Notes: generated by a model from the sequence alone, not told the origin. A stretch of DNA of 63,545 nucleotides, filler included, from Reticulomyxa filosa (GCA_000512085.1; 18 parts of 18 records of this genome joined end to end with filler, not necessarily neighbours in it), one strand, 5' to 3'; shown: positions 23,864-37,295, counted from the whole stretch's first letter. Numbers and translations are program-made.

Positions 23864-25590
23864 ATGACAGCCTGCAAAGAAAATACTGAATCTTCTTTTT
23901 ACGAGGAGAATAAAAAAAATGGGAAAGTGTCATTCGCCCTCATTGAATGCAATCATGGAAAATATACTCAAGTTGAAATGAAAGACAACCAGATTCGTAG
24001 CAGGGATCATTGCACAAGTGCCCAAGTGTGAAATTTAAATGCATGTTTGTTTACTATGCCCCCAATTTTGTAAAAGTGTTTGTTCTATAATTGACGTTTT
24101 TTAAAAATATTTTTAAAAATTAAAAAAATTGAAAGTCTGGAATAGTTTGGCTGGCGACAGGACCGAAGTCGTGTATATTGGTAAAGAGATTTCGTGATGC
24201 CCAGACAAGCCGAGATCTAAAAGAACTGGCGGAATGGTTGATCAACGAAAAAAAAATGAAGGTGCTTGTCGAACCGGAAGTCCATCAAAAAGAATTTCCC
24301 GAATATCTAGTACGAAGTTTTTAATTCAATAAAAGAAGGAAGGGACAGAAAAACAAAAACGCGTACTCACATATATGCATGCACACAAATGAATAAATAA
24401 ACTAATGAAAGGCCTTTGATGCGAAAAGTTTGGGCAATCAAGATTTGTTGATCGTGATAGGAGGTGACGGAACATTACTGTATATCGTGTCGTTGTTTCA
24501 AGGGGGCAAGTCGGTGCCTCCTGTTCTTTCCTTCGCGCGTGGGTCGTTGGGATTTCTAACCCCTTTTCAATTTGCTGATTATAAGAGTGTCATTCAAAAG
24601 TTTATTACTCCAAATGAAAGACATCTTGTCGCAATTCGCATGAGAATTGTTTGTACTATTTATCGATATTCCGAGAGTTATCTTCACTGATAACAATTTT
24701 TCTTTTTCAAATATTTGGAGGAGAGAGGGGGCAACAAATTTGTATTAAACGAATTTTTTTGTTGTGGAATCGAATCGATAGAGCTGCTCAAAAATGATAA
24801 CATCAAAGAAAAAGAAAAAAAAGACACAGACAAAGATAAAGAAACATCACCATCACTGGAAAGATGCAGTGACGATAAACAAAGTGCAAATAGTCAGAGC
24901 TCTTCCATGCTGGACAAGCAATGGTCACAACTGTGTTCGTATTTTGGTGAACAAAGAATGAAGGAGTATACTCTGTTTGGAGAATATCATGCATTGAATG
25001 AGTTTTTGTTGCATCGTGGTCGATCCCAAAATATGATCCATGTGAACTTACATGTCGACAATAACAAAATTACTGCTGTTCAATCCGACGGACTCATTAT
25101 TTCTACTCCGACTGGAAGCACTGCGTATAGCGTTTCTGCTGGAGGCTCATTGATTACTCCCAATGTACCATGCATTGCTATTACTCCCATATGTCCTCAT
25201 ACCCTTTCCTTTCGTCCTGTCATTGTCGCTGACTCGGCCTTGATCTATGTCACTGTACCTTGGGTATCTCTCTTTTTTTGTCTTATTTACATAAGTATAA
25301 GAACACATAAGTTTCTTTGGGGGGAAAAGAATTCAAGACTTTGTCCGGAGTTTTCATTTGACGGACGACCCCCAATCAGTTTGTCCTATGGTGATATACT
25401 AGTTGTTTGTCAAAGCGAATATCCAGTAACGACGTTCAAAGGGTCTCCTTATCAATGTGAATGGTTCTCCAATTTAGTTGAAAAATTTAATTGGAACATT
25501 CGCGAAATTCAAAAACAAATACCTGAACACAGCTCTTCTTCATTGTCCAATGGACTTAACACCATAAATGCAAGTTATTCTGACTTGTGA
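23864..25590 (+). CDS. NADK: NAD(+) kinase, multi-exon
   Basis: GGDGT motif (LLIVIGGDGTLL), GSLGFLTPF, ALNE, QSDGLIISTPTGSTAYSVSAGGS, ITPICPHTLSFRP. Upstream exons were reconstructed via GT-AG introns (about 24026-24135 and 24310-24411). Confidence 0.93.
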
Positions 25591-25928
25591 TTTCTACATA
25601 AATCAAAATCAAATCGAAAATAATAACAATGACAATATCACAGCATATCTGTGAGGTCTTTGTTTAGTTGATTTTTTAAAATTTTTCAATGGACATCGAC
25701 AGATTTGGTAAAATGCGAAAGGGTTAATATTTGATACTGTTTAAAAGAGTCCTGGATCGTTTGAAAAAATAAAAAAGTAATGTAATAAAACTTTGTCTGC
25801 GGTGTAAAGCTTTCACTGCACAAGTCAAGATAATTTTTACAAAGTCAATGTTTATTATTTTGTGGTGTTGCTAAAAAAATAGTTTTGATGGATTTAGTTG
25901 AGTTCAATTAGTAAAAAAATAATATGTG

Positions 25929-26330
25929 CTATCCCCATACACAAATTGGACCTTTCACTGATCCATAGCATAAGGCAAAATCAAAATTATTATCATTATT
26001 TTTAAAGGGTGTGTAGTGATACATGAGTCATAACTGACTCCAGAGTTGTAACAACTCAACTCATCAAACATTCATTCTCTTTATTCTCAATTTTCTTATA
26101 CGTTTAATTTAGCTGAGCTCTCTTTCTTGCATCTCTCTACAGGTGAAAATGTAAACATCTTATCCACTTTTTTATTTCCTGTGATTTTAAACAATTGTCT
26201 ATTATTACGAATGTCCCAAAAACGAATTGTATTGTCCTTTAAATAAAGAAACTTTTTTAGACTGACATCCCATAAACGAACGTTTTTGTCCGATGATCCT
26301 GATAATATAGAGCTATTAATATTTGCTTCC
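25929..26330 (-). pseudogene. Decayed WD40-repeat gene fragment
   Basis: ILSGSSDKNVRLWDV, DNTIRFWDIRNNRQLF and a terminal LCYGSVKGPICVWG*, with deletions and frame breaks between blocks. Similar to the fragment at 46245-46400. Confidence 0.75.
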
Positions 26331-26867
26331 AATGGTGAGTGCTTTACAGTATAAAATGTACCTTTCTGATAAAGCATATATATATTTTTTTGAAGCTTTT
26401 GCATTGGGAGAGCGTGAAGGTGTTAGACTTACTTGCTTCATCTTCCACTCATTACTGTTATTTGCACTCTTATTGTGCACAAAGTGCAAACAAAAGCAAG
26501 TTGAAGGAGCACATGGTCCAAAATAGGACATGGCACTAAATAATACAAAGAAAAGTACAAATATAAAACCAAATAATCAATTAGGTGTTTTCTGAAATAG
26601 TTTTATTTAAAAAAGAAAGTTATGTAACAAAATCTCAAAAAATTTATTTATTTTTTTTTTATATGTAGATAGAATGTTGCTGTTGAATTCATAAAGAAAA
26701 ACAATGTGAACAAGCACATCACCCAAAATGAGTAAACTACTAAATACACACTGCAATACAAAAAGTAAACAACAAACAACACTACAAAAAACAAAAATAA
26801 GTGCCTTCAATGTTCTTGTGGCCGTTCGTATCCTAATATCGCTTGAATGAAGCAGTCTTCGAATATC

Positions 26868-26967
26868 NNNNNNNNNNNNNNNNNNNNNNNNNNNNNNNNN
26901 NNNNNNNNNNNTTAATTAATTAANNNNNNNNNNNNNNNNNNNNNNNNNNNNNNNNNNNNNNNNNNNN
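26868..26967. other. Artificial contig spacer N44-TTAATTAATTAA-N44 (stops in all six frames); first of 17
   Basis: Identical 100-bp spacers also start at 28234, 30086, 32561, 33726, 36609, 38776, 42863, 46138, 47891, 50136, 52998, 54490, 56516, 57687, 60524 and 62240. Confidence 0.99.
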
Positions 26968-29900
26968 TAAAAAAAATAAGAAGAAAAACCTAAAAATACA
27001 ACTTAAACGAAACCATTTCTAAGCCAAAGTGTATTTTTTTTTCCTTGAGATGAGCTTTGATGATGCAAAGACGATGAAAAGATTCTTTTCAACTTTTTTT
27101 TAAGATCACGAAGGGTCACAAAAAATTGAAATGAATTATTTTATGGAAAGAAAATAAAAGACTTGTTGAAACTAGAATAATAAAACATGATTAAGTAAAC
27201 GTATTTAAGTACACTAATCCAAGTTTGGAAATTGAATGTCTACAAGTACGAGTTGATCCTGATAAAATATAAGAAATATGGCTAAAGAAAAAAAGAAAAT
27301 ATCATCCTTCAGAACCTATCTTTTGTTAAAAAAATAAAATGCACTTTATTTTTTTAACTAATTGAGGTCCCTTGCGCGGTCACCAGGAATTTCATTGTTT
27401 ATTTCTTAAAAAAAACAAACAACAGAAACCCAAAAGCGGTGGTATTGAATGACAAGCATATTGTCACCCAATGTCTCACGCTCTAGTCTTTCCCAATTTC
27501 TTTCTTCAAAACGAAGAATGGTTTACAAGATCGTCATCAGGATTATGCAAATAGCATTTTCGGAGATAGTAATGATAGTTTCATTCAGAAACAATCGTGT
27601 ACAAGAATTTCCTTAAAGAAAAAGGAAGAATATTAAATAAATAGCAACAAATATTCACACATTAAAAAAATTGAATATTGCTATACAAAATGAGCAAACA
27701 GTAACGCTTCGAGAATTTTGTAGAAAGGCATACAAAAATTCAAACCAAGTTTTTTTCATTATTAACAACAAACAAAATCCTTGCTAGTTTTTTCCCCACT
27801 TCAATAAATAATACAATTATTATTGGATCCATTTTGTAACAACAACACCCTTTTGCAATTTGTCAATGCATTGCGCATATGTGTCGTGCACGGGACAATA
27901 ACTTTTGAAAATTCTCTAGTTATTCAACAGTATCAAGTGCATTGTAAAAAATGGTTCTTTTTTAAGAAAAAAAGATTTTTTTTAACTACTTAGAAAAATG
28001 TTCTTTAACACAGTTTGTAAAGTGGTCTCCGGGTCAAGGGCATATCCCCAAAGCAGTGAGTAATGGCAGGAACGCAAAGAATGCTTTCCTCTCTTCAAAT
28101 GATCACACTTCGAACTGAACGTCTCGTTTCCAAAAACTTAACAAACTCTTCCGTCTTTTTGTAACAAAATAAATTATTATTGACTTTAAAGTATCAAATG
28201 TACTTCATTGAAATTTTTACATTACAATTTTAANNNNNNNNNNNNNNNNNNNNNNNNNNNNNNNNNNNNNNNNNNNNTTAATTAATTAANNNNNNNNNNN
28301 NNNNNNNNNNNNNNNNNNNNNNNNNNNNNNNNNAAAAAACAAAATTACAAAAAGTCTTAACTGCCAACAAGAAGTATATATTCCTTTTGTAGTATTGTAA
28401 TAAATAACCAAACTAAACAACGCGAAATGGGTATAAATTTTTTTCTTGATCTATACCTTTCCTCATTACATTTTGGATAACTCCAAGTTTAAAAACAAAA
28501 TTATAGCAAGACTAATCAACAGTTTAGAGTTTGAAGCTATTATTCACTAAAAACATTTATGGTTTTTTTTCGTTAAATTATTTTGTTTATTAGTTTCAAA
28601 TATTTGCAATATCTGAATCTGTTCAATTACATTGCATTGCTGTGAAGAAACACTTCCTTAGGAGATTTACAAACAACAATTGCATAATTACACTAATGAC
28701 AAAAACAGAACAAGTGTTTGTACCAGTGTTTTATTTTTTTTTGATAGTGAAACTTCTATCATCAACGAGATAACCTAATAACAATGAAAGTGTTATCATG
28801 TTGTCACTTGTAGTTTGTTTTTAAATGCAAAAGTGGTTGGGAAATAAAAAATTTGGAACGAAGTAACATTTGAACTTGTGTCAAATAAAACGTGATAGGA
28901 TAGAAAAAAAGTGAATTACAAAGACAAATAAACCCAAGTTTATGAAATGCAACAAGCTTTTACGTATATATTTTTAAAAATTGTACTAGTTGGTTTTTTA
29001 ATAATTTATTTAAAAATAAACATAGATCAATGAATTCGACACACAAAGCGATCATACACCAAACAACGAGATAATAATTGCTGGATGACAAAATGTCAAC
29101 AACAAACAAAGTGTTTATACGTATATCCAATAACGATGACGAATACTACGAAAAGAGTATTTGGAATTAATGAAAGTGTGGATTTGGTAAGAGAATCATA
29201 AAAAGGTGTTGAAGCAAAAGTAGTTAATGAATTATTATTAGATGATTTATCAAATGAAAACAGTTGCACCAAGTATGTATATAATTTTTTTCTTTTTTTA
29301 GAATTTATTAGTGTTTTTTTTGATAACATAAACTACAGGTTAATAAGTTTGATATGCAAATTAAGTACACAACAATCAAAGTTCCAACAGCGATGCTATT
29401 GTATGTCATAATGTCAATACCAGTCAACTCATTACCAAGATAATCAATACGCATACCCAACAACGATTATGAGTAAAAGTAATACCAGAAAGCGTAAATT
29501 AAGAAATTTGCATGATGATGAACTAAATGAAAATCATATTAATTTTATTGGCACAACATTCAATATAAAAATAAGGGTAGTATAAATGTATTAAAATATA
29601 TATCACAGGACGTAAAAAGGAAAACGAGAAACTGTACATAAGAATCGAAACATATATTTATTAAATTATTAGATGAAATGGATAGAAAGGATTATAAACT
29701 CGAAATACAAGATAGTGTTGTTAATCAATTGAAGGAATCATTAAAAAACCAAGAAAATCAAATAACAAGCATAAAAAACGAACTATATGAAATAAAACTA
29801 TTGTTAACAACTACAATTTATCAATATCACAAAAATAAAAAAGAAGAAGGCTTTTTGTCTAAAATTAAAAATTTAATTTTTGGGATTTGAAATGTTTTTT

Positions 29901-30242
29901 CAAGGAAATCAAGTTGCAACAGAAAATGATCATTCTTTTTACAAATAACTTAGCTTGATTATAATACCTACAGTAAGATAAAAAAAAAATTGACACATGA
30001 AATGCCACCTTATAGAGATGATTGTGTTTCTCCATGAAAAAACAACATTTAATCAAAATTTTTTTTATTTAAAAAAAATATCTACNNNNNNNNNNNNNNN
30101 NNNNNNNNNNNNNNNNNNNNNNNNNNNNNTTAATTAATTAANNNNNNNNNNNNNNNNNNNNNNNNNNNNNNNNNNNNNNNNNNNNTTTTTTTTTTTTTTT
30201 TGGCTTCGATCTATCTAATATTGTTTGTAAACTCACTCAGGA

Positions 30243-31604
30243 GTGCATGCGTTGATCTATGCAATGACATCGTTCAGTAATTGCTGCCCGGAATGTACCA
30301 AATCGAAAAATATTCAGGTATCAATCCCTGGCACCAACACACGATGGCTGCTTCAAACGGTATTGCTACTGAAATCGTATGGCTTGGATTTTAAACGAAT
30401 GCTGCTGCACACGAGTGAAGAAAAGATTAATCCTCTTTTGTATACGTCCATGGCGCTTTTGACTGGCTACAATTGCAGCCATTATGATATAACTTCTTTG
30501 CTGTTCATGCACTGCACGTTCGTTCCGATTGACACCACTATTGAATTCGCATTCGAGTGTTGGAAAATGCTGTTGCAACAATTGTTCATGTCGGATGACA
30601 CGAATCAAAAGAATAAGCAAAGTGCAGCTGCAAAAAATGCCAATAATAATAGCAATCAAAATATCTTGCAACAATTCACTACAGGGGGCTGTCAGCCCTC
30701 GTTGAAGTATATCATATTCGAAAATGTTTTGAAAACCTTGGAAAAAGACCAAACCAATAAAAAGGAAAAAATGCTGATACAAAGAATAGTTGATGAATTG
30801 GTTACAAATGAAGAAAAATTATTCACCAAAATGGAACTGTGCTGTCTCTTATGGCTATGTGGTCATTACGCATTTGGATACAAATACTTGTTGCACACAT
30901 ATGTGTACAATTCCACTGGGAATAAAAACACACCATCCAAGGCCCAGATACAACAATCAAAATTTGCTTCATTTAATGAACTGATGTCGTATGTGCCTTT
31001 GGTAAAGTCTTACCGAGATATGGGCAAAATTATTGCAACAAAAGCTTTGTTATTTCATATCAGAATGAAACATGCTGTGAACGAAATGAGACAAGATTTT
31101 ATCAATGCCTTGTATGCACTATTTTGTGAACTATCTGTCTACGTTGTCAATACTTTGCCTACAAATGAAAAGAAAAAATTAAAATTCAAAAATGTTCGAT
31201 CATGCAATATGGTTCGGGGAGAGATATCAAAGGGTCTATGCACCCACAAAAAGTTTCGAGAAGATTGCAGTTTCGTTCACGAAGAAATTTTGTACGCATT
31301 AGTGGATTTAAATTTATTAACGTGGAACTTTATCTTCGAGAGATTTACCAATGTATATGATTTTGTGCAATGGGAATATAACATTGATCCATCTACGAGA
31401 TACCAAGCCCTATGCAAGATGGAAAGAAGATCAATCCAACTCAAGTTTTTGAAAAATAAATCTACACCGGTCAAGTTTTTCAAATTACTATTCAAAATAT
31501 TTGAGAAAGACACGCAAAAAATTAAGCAGCGAATGAAAAAGTTTGAAAAAGATGATGTAGTGAATGTAATCCGGGGTTTTTCGATAATACGTGAATATTT
31601 ATGA
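30243..31604 (+). CDS. 3' terminal exon of an uncharacterised helical protein (possible degenerate ankyrin-like repeats at its start)
   Basis: Uninterrupted 453-codon ORF after an intron-like poly-T at the contig start. HALIYAM and NPLLY..A...HYDITSLL are weakly ankyrin-like. Confidence 0.6.
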   Translation: MHALIYAMTSFSNCCPECTKSKNIQVSIPGTNTRWLLQTVLLLKSYGLDFKRMLLHTSEEKINPLLYTSMALLTGYNCSHYDITSLLFMHCTFVPIDTTIEFAFECWKMLLQQLFMSDDTNQKNKQSAAAKNANNNSNQNILQQFTTGGCQPSLKYIIFENVLKTLEKDQTNKKEKMLIQRIVDELVTNEEKLFTKMELCCLLWLCGHYAFGYKYLLHTYVYNSTGNKNTPSKAQIQQSKFASFNELMSYVPLVKSYRDMGKIIATKALLFHIRMKHAVNEMRQDFINALYALFCELSVYVVNTLPTNEKKKLKFKNVRSCNMVRGEISKGLCTHKKFREDCSFVHEEILYALVDLNLLTWNFIFERFTNVYDFVQWEYNIDPSTRYQALCKMERRSIQLKFLKNKSTPVKFFKLLFKIFEKDTQKIKQRMKKFEKDDVVNVIRGFSIIREYL

Positions 31605-31714
31605 GTGAATTGTTTTAATGGTATTTTTTGTTTGCTTTTTACCACAATAAGATATTGAAGAGAAAAAAAGATTTATTGATGATGTCATTACTAACAATTG
31701 TTGCTTTTTTTTTT

Positions 31715-32545
31715 TTAAACTATTTTGATTCCAATGTCTCCCATTTTGTTTAAAAATCTCTCTCGATAATACTCTGGCTCAGCACAGGATATGCCTTTTG
31801 CATCATTGCACCAAACGCGCACTTTAAAAAACCTTTCAATCCTTTTTTTCCAATTCCATTTTTGCAATGTATCAATTATGCCCATGTAATAAACCCCAGG
31901 CCCTTCAATTACATCAGCAGGAAGTGCTAGTTTGGCATTTGCAGCACCTCTTAGATTTGCTGCTTTTTTCTCAGACTGGCCAAATTTCTGACGTTTATTG
32001 TCATATCGTCCATTGGCCTTGGCATTACCCCACTCGCAAGAGGTCATCGCTTATTTGTTCATAATATTTATTTGTTACTTTTTTTTTTTTTTTTTGAAAT
32101 GGCACAAAGCACGAATTGAAAAAAAAATAAGAAAGAATAGAAAAACTTGTTGAGTCTGGTGTAGGAGGTTCAGGATAGCAATAAGGCTCGGATTTGTAAC
32201 TGTCCATCGAATCCAGTTCTTCGTAATTTGAACTCATGGAATACCCTGTTTGGTCTTGGGCTGTTTCGTTTAGATTGGCTTTCGCCTCTCCAGAATGACT
32301 TTCGTCACCACCCATCACAACAGGTTCCTTTACTTTCAAATTTTCCTCTTCTTCATCATTGACTGGATTCTTGCTGTCACCATTTTCGTCCAAGACACGC
32401 TCGAGTTTTTTTTTTTGCGTTTTGGAAGGTTTCCTCATATTTTGGTACATTTGGTATTGGGAAACAGCACTGTAGTAAATGCCAAGCAAAAGCGAGTAGT
32501 CCATTATTTTGTGATTCATCAGGAACTTGGTATCCTTTCGGAGCT
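31715..32545 (-). CDS. Phosphatidylinositol phosphate kinase (PIP5K family), C-terminal part
   Basis: DTKFLMNHKIMDYSLLLGI and YYMGIIDTLQKWNWKKRIE...ISCAEPEYYRERF, separated by an insert and an intron; 5'-truncated at the contig edge. Confidence 0.92.
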
Positions 32546-32712
32546 TTTTTTTTTTTTTTTNNNNNNNNNNNNNNNNNNNNNNNNNNNNNNNNNNNNNNNN
32601 NNNNTTAATTAATTAANNNNNNNNNNNNNNNNNNNNNNNNNNNNNNNNNNNNNNNNNNNNATATATATATATATATATATATGTATAAATGTGTATGCAA
32701 AAAAAAAAAAAG

Positions 32713-33061
32713 GTGGGCCAATAGTAGAGCAAGCAACTCATTTTGTGGATTTGGCGAGATATTTGACAGGGGATATAAAGTCGACCAAAACCTTGATGGT
32801 AAATGCGATTACGGTAAATGGAGGTGACGAAGATGCCTATCCTTTAGTAGCTTTAGACAAGAAAATTAATGAGGCACACATCCCAAATGAACATAAAAAT
32901 CCTTTGCTTACTTGTGCACAATGGGCGTCCGTAAACGGCACCGTTGTCTCGTTGACTCATGGCATTCATTTACATCACCAAAAGTCTTTCTTTTTTTAAT
33001 TTGATGTGTTGGGCAAGAGGGATGCACTTTATTTGAAAAACGAGGGAATGAAATAAACACA

Positions 33062-33097
<36 letters not shown>

Positions 33098-33445
33098 TGT
33101 GTTTATTTGTTCGTTAGGTATCAATCACAAATTGATGTGTGGTGCGATGGTCTGTGGCTGAGCTTAATCAATCCTTATGACAAAGTCGCTCAATTGCATG
33201 TGCGCGAAGGCTCAGGCAATAAGCACGAGCCTTGCAAAGAGTATACGCTGACCTTCGATACCACTCAACCGGAACACGATCCTTACTACCAAGAATTACT
33301 CGCCTTCTTTCGAGCATGCCAATGTAGTGACCACAAACAAGCTGAGCAGCACATTAAGAGTAGCTACACCGATTCTGCCAAAACATACGCACTCACTTGG
33401 GACATTAGAAGAAAGTCTCGTCCACAGGAAAATTCCAAATTATAA
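32713..33445 (+). CDS. Gfo/Idh/MocA-type oxidoreductase, C-terminal part, ending in PTS1 -SKL
   Basis: GGPIVEQATHFVDLARY, SLTHG, DPYYQEL..F, IKSSYTDSAKTYALTWDIR; one intron at about 32984-33117; ends QENSKL*. Confidence 0.8.
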
Positions 33446-34318
33446 TTCTTTTTTCTATTTTTATGTGATGTACTGATATAGCCATTTGTCCAAAAGTTCT
33501 CAGTTTTTATTTGATTGAGCTTTTTAAGTGCTCTATGATACTTTCGTGTATAATCAGAAACACTACTTTTGATCTTTATACCATCAAACAAAAAATTTTA
33601 TACTCTCAAATGTAGTTGGTAATTGCCAAATGGGATGTCTAATTCTCATCTTGCAATATGTGTGGTTCGGATTTTTGTGAAATATTGCTTTCTCATAACT
33701 TCAGATGCAAATATTGGTTTTATAANNNNNNNNNNNNNNNNNNNNNNNNNNNNNNNNNNNNNNNNNNNNTTAATTAATTAANNNNNNNNNNNNNNNNNNN
33801 NNNNNNNNNNNNNNNNNNNNNNNNNTGTGCAAAAAAATTGTCTTTGTTGTTTTTTTGTTTTTTCTAATTTTTTTGTGTAATATATTTTTATGTTGCAATT
33901 GCAAAAATTTGAAATGAAATTTTTTGAAAGAAAATTTTATAGTAATCAGTCTCTGCAATCGATTCTCAAAATTTGATAGTGTCAAAGGAACTCGAAACAG
34001 AAAAAAAGGGAAACCAAGCTTTTTTTGGATGTTGTAAAAACTAAACTTTCGACGAACAAAAAGAATATTCAATGTATAACTTAAAAAGCAGTCTTTTGAA
34101 AATTCATGATTTTTTAAAAGACAAAGCAGACGGTTTTTGAAAGGGCAGCAGTTGTTTTTAAGAGGTAGGAAAAAAGTAATAAAAAAATACTTCAATACAA
34201 AAATTATATTTTGTTGGCATCGCCACTCACAACAGGGTCATGGAGGTGTTTTAAATAAGACCCATGATAGAAACTGGTGATGACATAATATTTTTTATGA
34301 AATTCTTGGCAAGTGATT

Positions 34319-35045
34319 TTATGTGTTGTTTTTTTTACGTTGTCGTGACCTTGAACGCGATGTGCTGCCTTTTCTGTCGGATTTATCTTTTTCTTTCTCT
34401 TTTTCTCGATCTTTGTCTGTTTGAGAGGGCTTCTTAGTTCTGGATTTTGGGGAAGATGGCTGTTCGTCTTTATTTTTTTCTTTTTTTTACGGTTTTTTTT
34501 TGTGCTCTTCTCTGAACTCTCACTTTCACTTGAAGTGGTACCAGAACGACTGCTCTTACTGCTGCTGGTGCTACTACTTCTGCTCTTGTCACTACTGTCA
34601 TTACTTTCGTTGCTGCTGCTACTACTTCTGTCACTACTGCTGTCTTTGCTCTTTTTTTTTTGGTCTTTGATGCATTTGATTTTAGTGGCTTTGATTTTTT
34701 TGTTTTGTCCGCCTTGGGGGGTTTTGATTCTTTTGATTGTTCTTTTGACTGTTCTTTTGATTGTTCTTTTTTCGCATTTTTGCTCTTTTTTTCTTTTTTG
34801 AGTTTCTTTTTCTTTTTGGTATCATTTCCATTATCGCTGGAGTCAGAAGAGGTAGATGAAATATCACCTTGGTTGAAGTCACATGACAATACATTACGAC
34901 ATTGATACGTGAAATGGCCTGCTAAGCCACATTTTTTGCAAGAACGAACTTGAGATTGCTGTCCTTGTCCAATCAAACGTGCTTGTGCAAGTAGTCCTCG
35001 ACTTCCTGATGGAGCTCCTTGATTGATACCAGTTTTATTGAACAT
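34319..35045 (-). CDS. CXIP4/SREK1IP1-like zinc-knuckle protein with Lys/Ser/Arg-rich tail; two apparent poly-A frameshifts
   Basis: GLLAQARLIG...SCKKCGLAGHFTYQCRN...DISSTSSDS. The Ser-rich and RS-like tail is recovered by shifting frame at the T runs 34652-34661 and about 34473-34500. Confidence 0.8.
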
Positions 35046-35539
35046 GAATTTTTTGAAGTCAAGAAACCAACCCGCTTTATTAAATTTTGCCAAACAAAAC
35101 TTGTGAGTTATATTGCTTTAAGTAAGTTAATGAACTAATTAAAAAACAGGTATATCATATACCACAACGCTAAAAACATGTAAACCTTAGCAAAACGTCG
35201 TCGATGGCAGATATCGAACATTTCAAACAAAGTGATGCAAGTAATAAAAATCACTTGAAAAGAGTAAATAGAAAGGGAAGAGATACAAAAATATTTTCAA
35301 ATTATTACGTCGAAAAGACAAATTGATTACTTTGTATCTTCATCAGCAATGATTTTTCAAAAAATAAAAACGACAAAATTAAAAAAAAAGTGGACAAAAC
35401 ATGTTCAGTTGATTTTCAAGAAAAGATGACATTTACATGTTTTTCCTTTGAAGATAAGCAGAAATATCCAAAGTGTAACATCCAAATCTTTCAAAAAAAA
35501 CAAGTTATTATTTTTTTGGTCTAATTTTATTTACTTTCT

Positions 35540-36405
35540 TGAGATGTTTTAGTTAAATTTTGAATATATTCTTTTTTTTCGTTTACATCTTGGGTCAGCA
35601 ATTGAACAGTTTGTTGCAAATATTTGATTTGTTCTTTCAACAAGAAATTGACTTCCTCGGCTGTACACACCAAAAAAAAAAAAAGGGATCATATTATTTT
35701 TAGTTTTTTTTTAATCAAAATAATTTTTGGTCCCCTTCGCTCCCTTGTCGTTCATTATCCCTTTCAAAGATTTAGGAAAATAAAGAATATGATACAAAAA
35801 GCCTTTTTCAAGTTTCTTAGCAATGGCTTGAGAAACTTCTAATTCAATATCTTGTGAAGCGGGTGGTCCCGCTTTAGAATTTTTGGGTGGGAGTGGTTTG
35901 TTCGAGGGTGGTGAAGAAGAAGCAGAAGAGAAAGATGAGGGAGTGGTAGCAGTAACAGTATTTGCAATAGAAGTAGCAACAGTAGTAATAGTAGCAGTAG
36001 AAGAAGAAGAAGAAGAAGAGATTTGACCTTTGTCATTGGAAGGATTAAGATCGTGAGGACGTTGACCAGTGGTTTTGGCATGACGTAATTCATCTTCGAG
36101 TTTCAAGAGTTGACATTTCAACTCTTGTGATTTGACGACTTCATTTTTTAATTGGGTTTGCAACTCTTTCAACATTTGGTTGTGTTTCTTTTGAGCAATT
36201 TTGTTGGACAGCTGTGTGTCCATTACTTTCTTGTCGAACTCGAGTTTGGAATTGGCGAGTTTGGTTTCGGCACTTTGCAATTGTTCTTTCAAGCTCTCCA
36301 CAATGCCGTCATAACTGGACTTTACTTTGTCGGTCTCCGTCCGTAATGAAAGATACCTTTCATTTGATTTCGACAGCTCTTCCTCCAATTGAGCTGCTCT
36401 TTTAG
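35540..36405 (-). CDS. Coiled-coil protein fragment, GRIPAP1/CCDC186-like C-terminal region
   Basis: Heptad-rich ORF with KKHNQMLKELQTQLK, a Ser/Thr linker, then a further exon EVNFLLKEQIKYLQQTVQLLTQDVNEKKEYIQNL. The family assignment is from memory. Confidence 0.45.
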
Positions 36406-36708
36406 GACAAAGAAGGGAACAAGAACAAGAACAAGAACAACATCAGAACAAATACAAATGATAAAGAAGAAAAAGCCTCATTTTTAAATTCAAAAAAAAA
36501 AAAAAAAAAAAAAAAAAAACAAAAAAAAAAAAAAAAGAATAGAAGACGAATGCATGCGTGCGCATGTGTCCTTGTTTGATTTAATACCTGTTTTCTGTTG
36601 AAATTTGTNNNNNNNNNNNNNNNNNNNNNNNNNNNNNNNNNNNNNNNNNNNNTTAATTAATTAANNNNNNNNNNNNNNNNNNNNNNNNNNNNNNNNNNNN
36701 NNNNNNNN

Positions 36709-37295
36709 CATTCAGGAATGCGAACGTAAAGTCAAAGACTTGATTCAAAATGCAAATACAAATACAAATACAAGTACAAATACAAATGCAAATACAAATG
36801 CAAATACAAATATGGAGGAAACTCGTGTATCCATGCCATCTTTTCCTACTCTTACTTCGTCCGTGACCGATCATCAACTTCTCAAGGAATATCGCTGTCT
36901 GCAAGAGGAATGCTATTTCAATGTTCTCTATCATCACAAAGTGTCTTCCATGATCGCCACACAACAATTTCGAGACTTGTTCTTGAAATATGAATGGAAC
37001 AGAATCCTCTCTCTTCCATTCAAAAATGCCATTGCCTTCAGTCCCCTTGGCAAACAATACTTGTCTGATCAACTCGTCAATATTATCGCCCTCATGATCG
37101 CTGTTATCCCTGATGCTCATATGCTGCAATTGCGGCGAATTCGTTCCGTTTTTATTGTCCTCTTTTTTAAAAAACATAACATATATATTTTTTATATATT
37201 TATATAATGTGTATGTTTTTTTTTTTTTTTTTTATGATCGAACAGAACATTGGCAAGAACGATTGAAAGATTTTCATGATTTTGTTGAATCTTGA
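36709..37295 (+). CDS. 3' end of an uncharacterised gene
   Basis: ORF 36740..37207 has a globular-looking segment (LLKEYRCLQEECYFNVLYHHK...) and a short terminal exon after the acceptor near 37244. Confidence 0.45.

Noticed and set aside
26968-30085. Two short contigs with fragmentary ORFs (e.g. 29678..29890 coiled-coil-like)
   Set aside because: In-frame stops and no recognisable family; at most pseudogene debris.
34470-34665. Several frameshifts at homopolymer runs (also near 5765, 8748, 47366 and 54940) suggesting widespread programmed frameshifting
   Set aside because: They fall in mononucleotide runs, go in both directions and share no stop or slippery context; homopolymer sequencing error is the simpler explanation.
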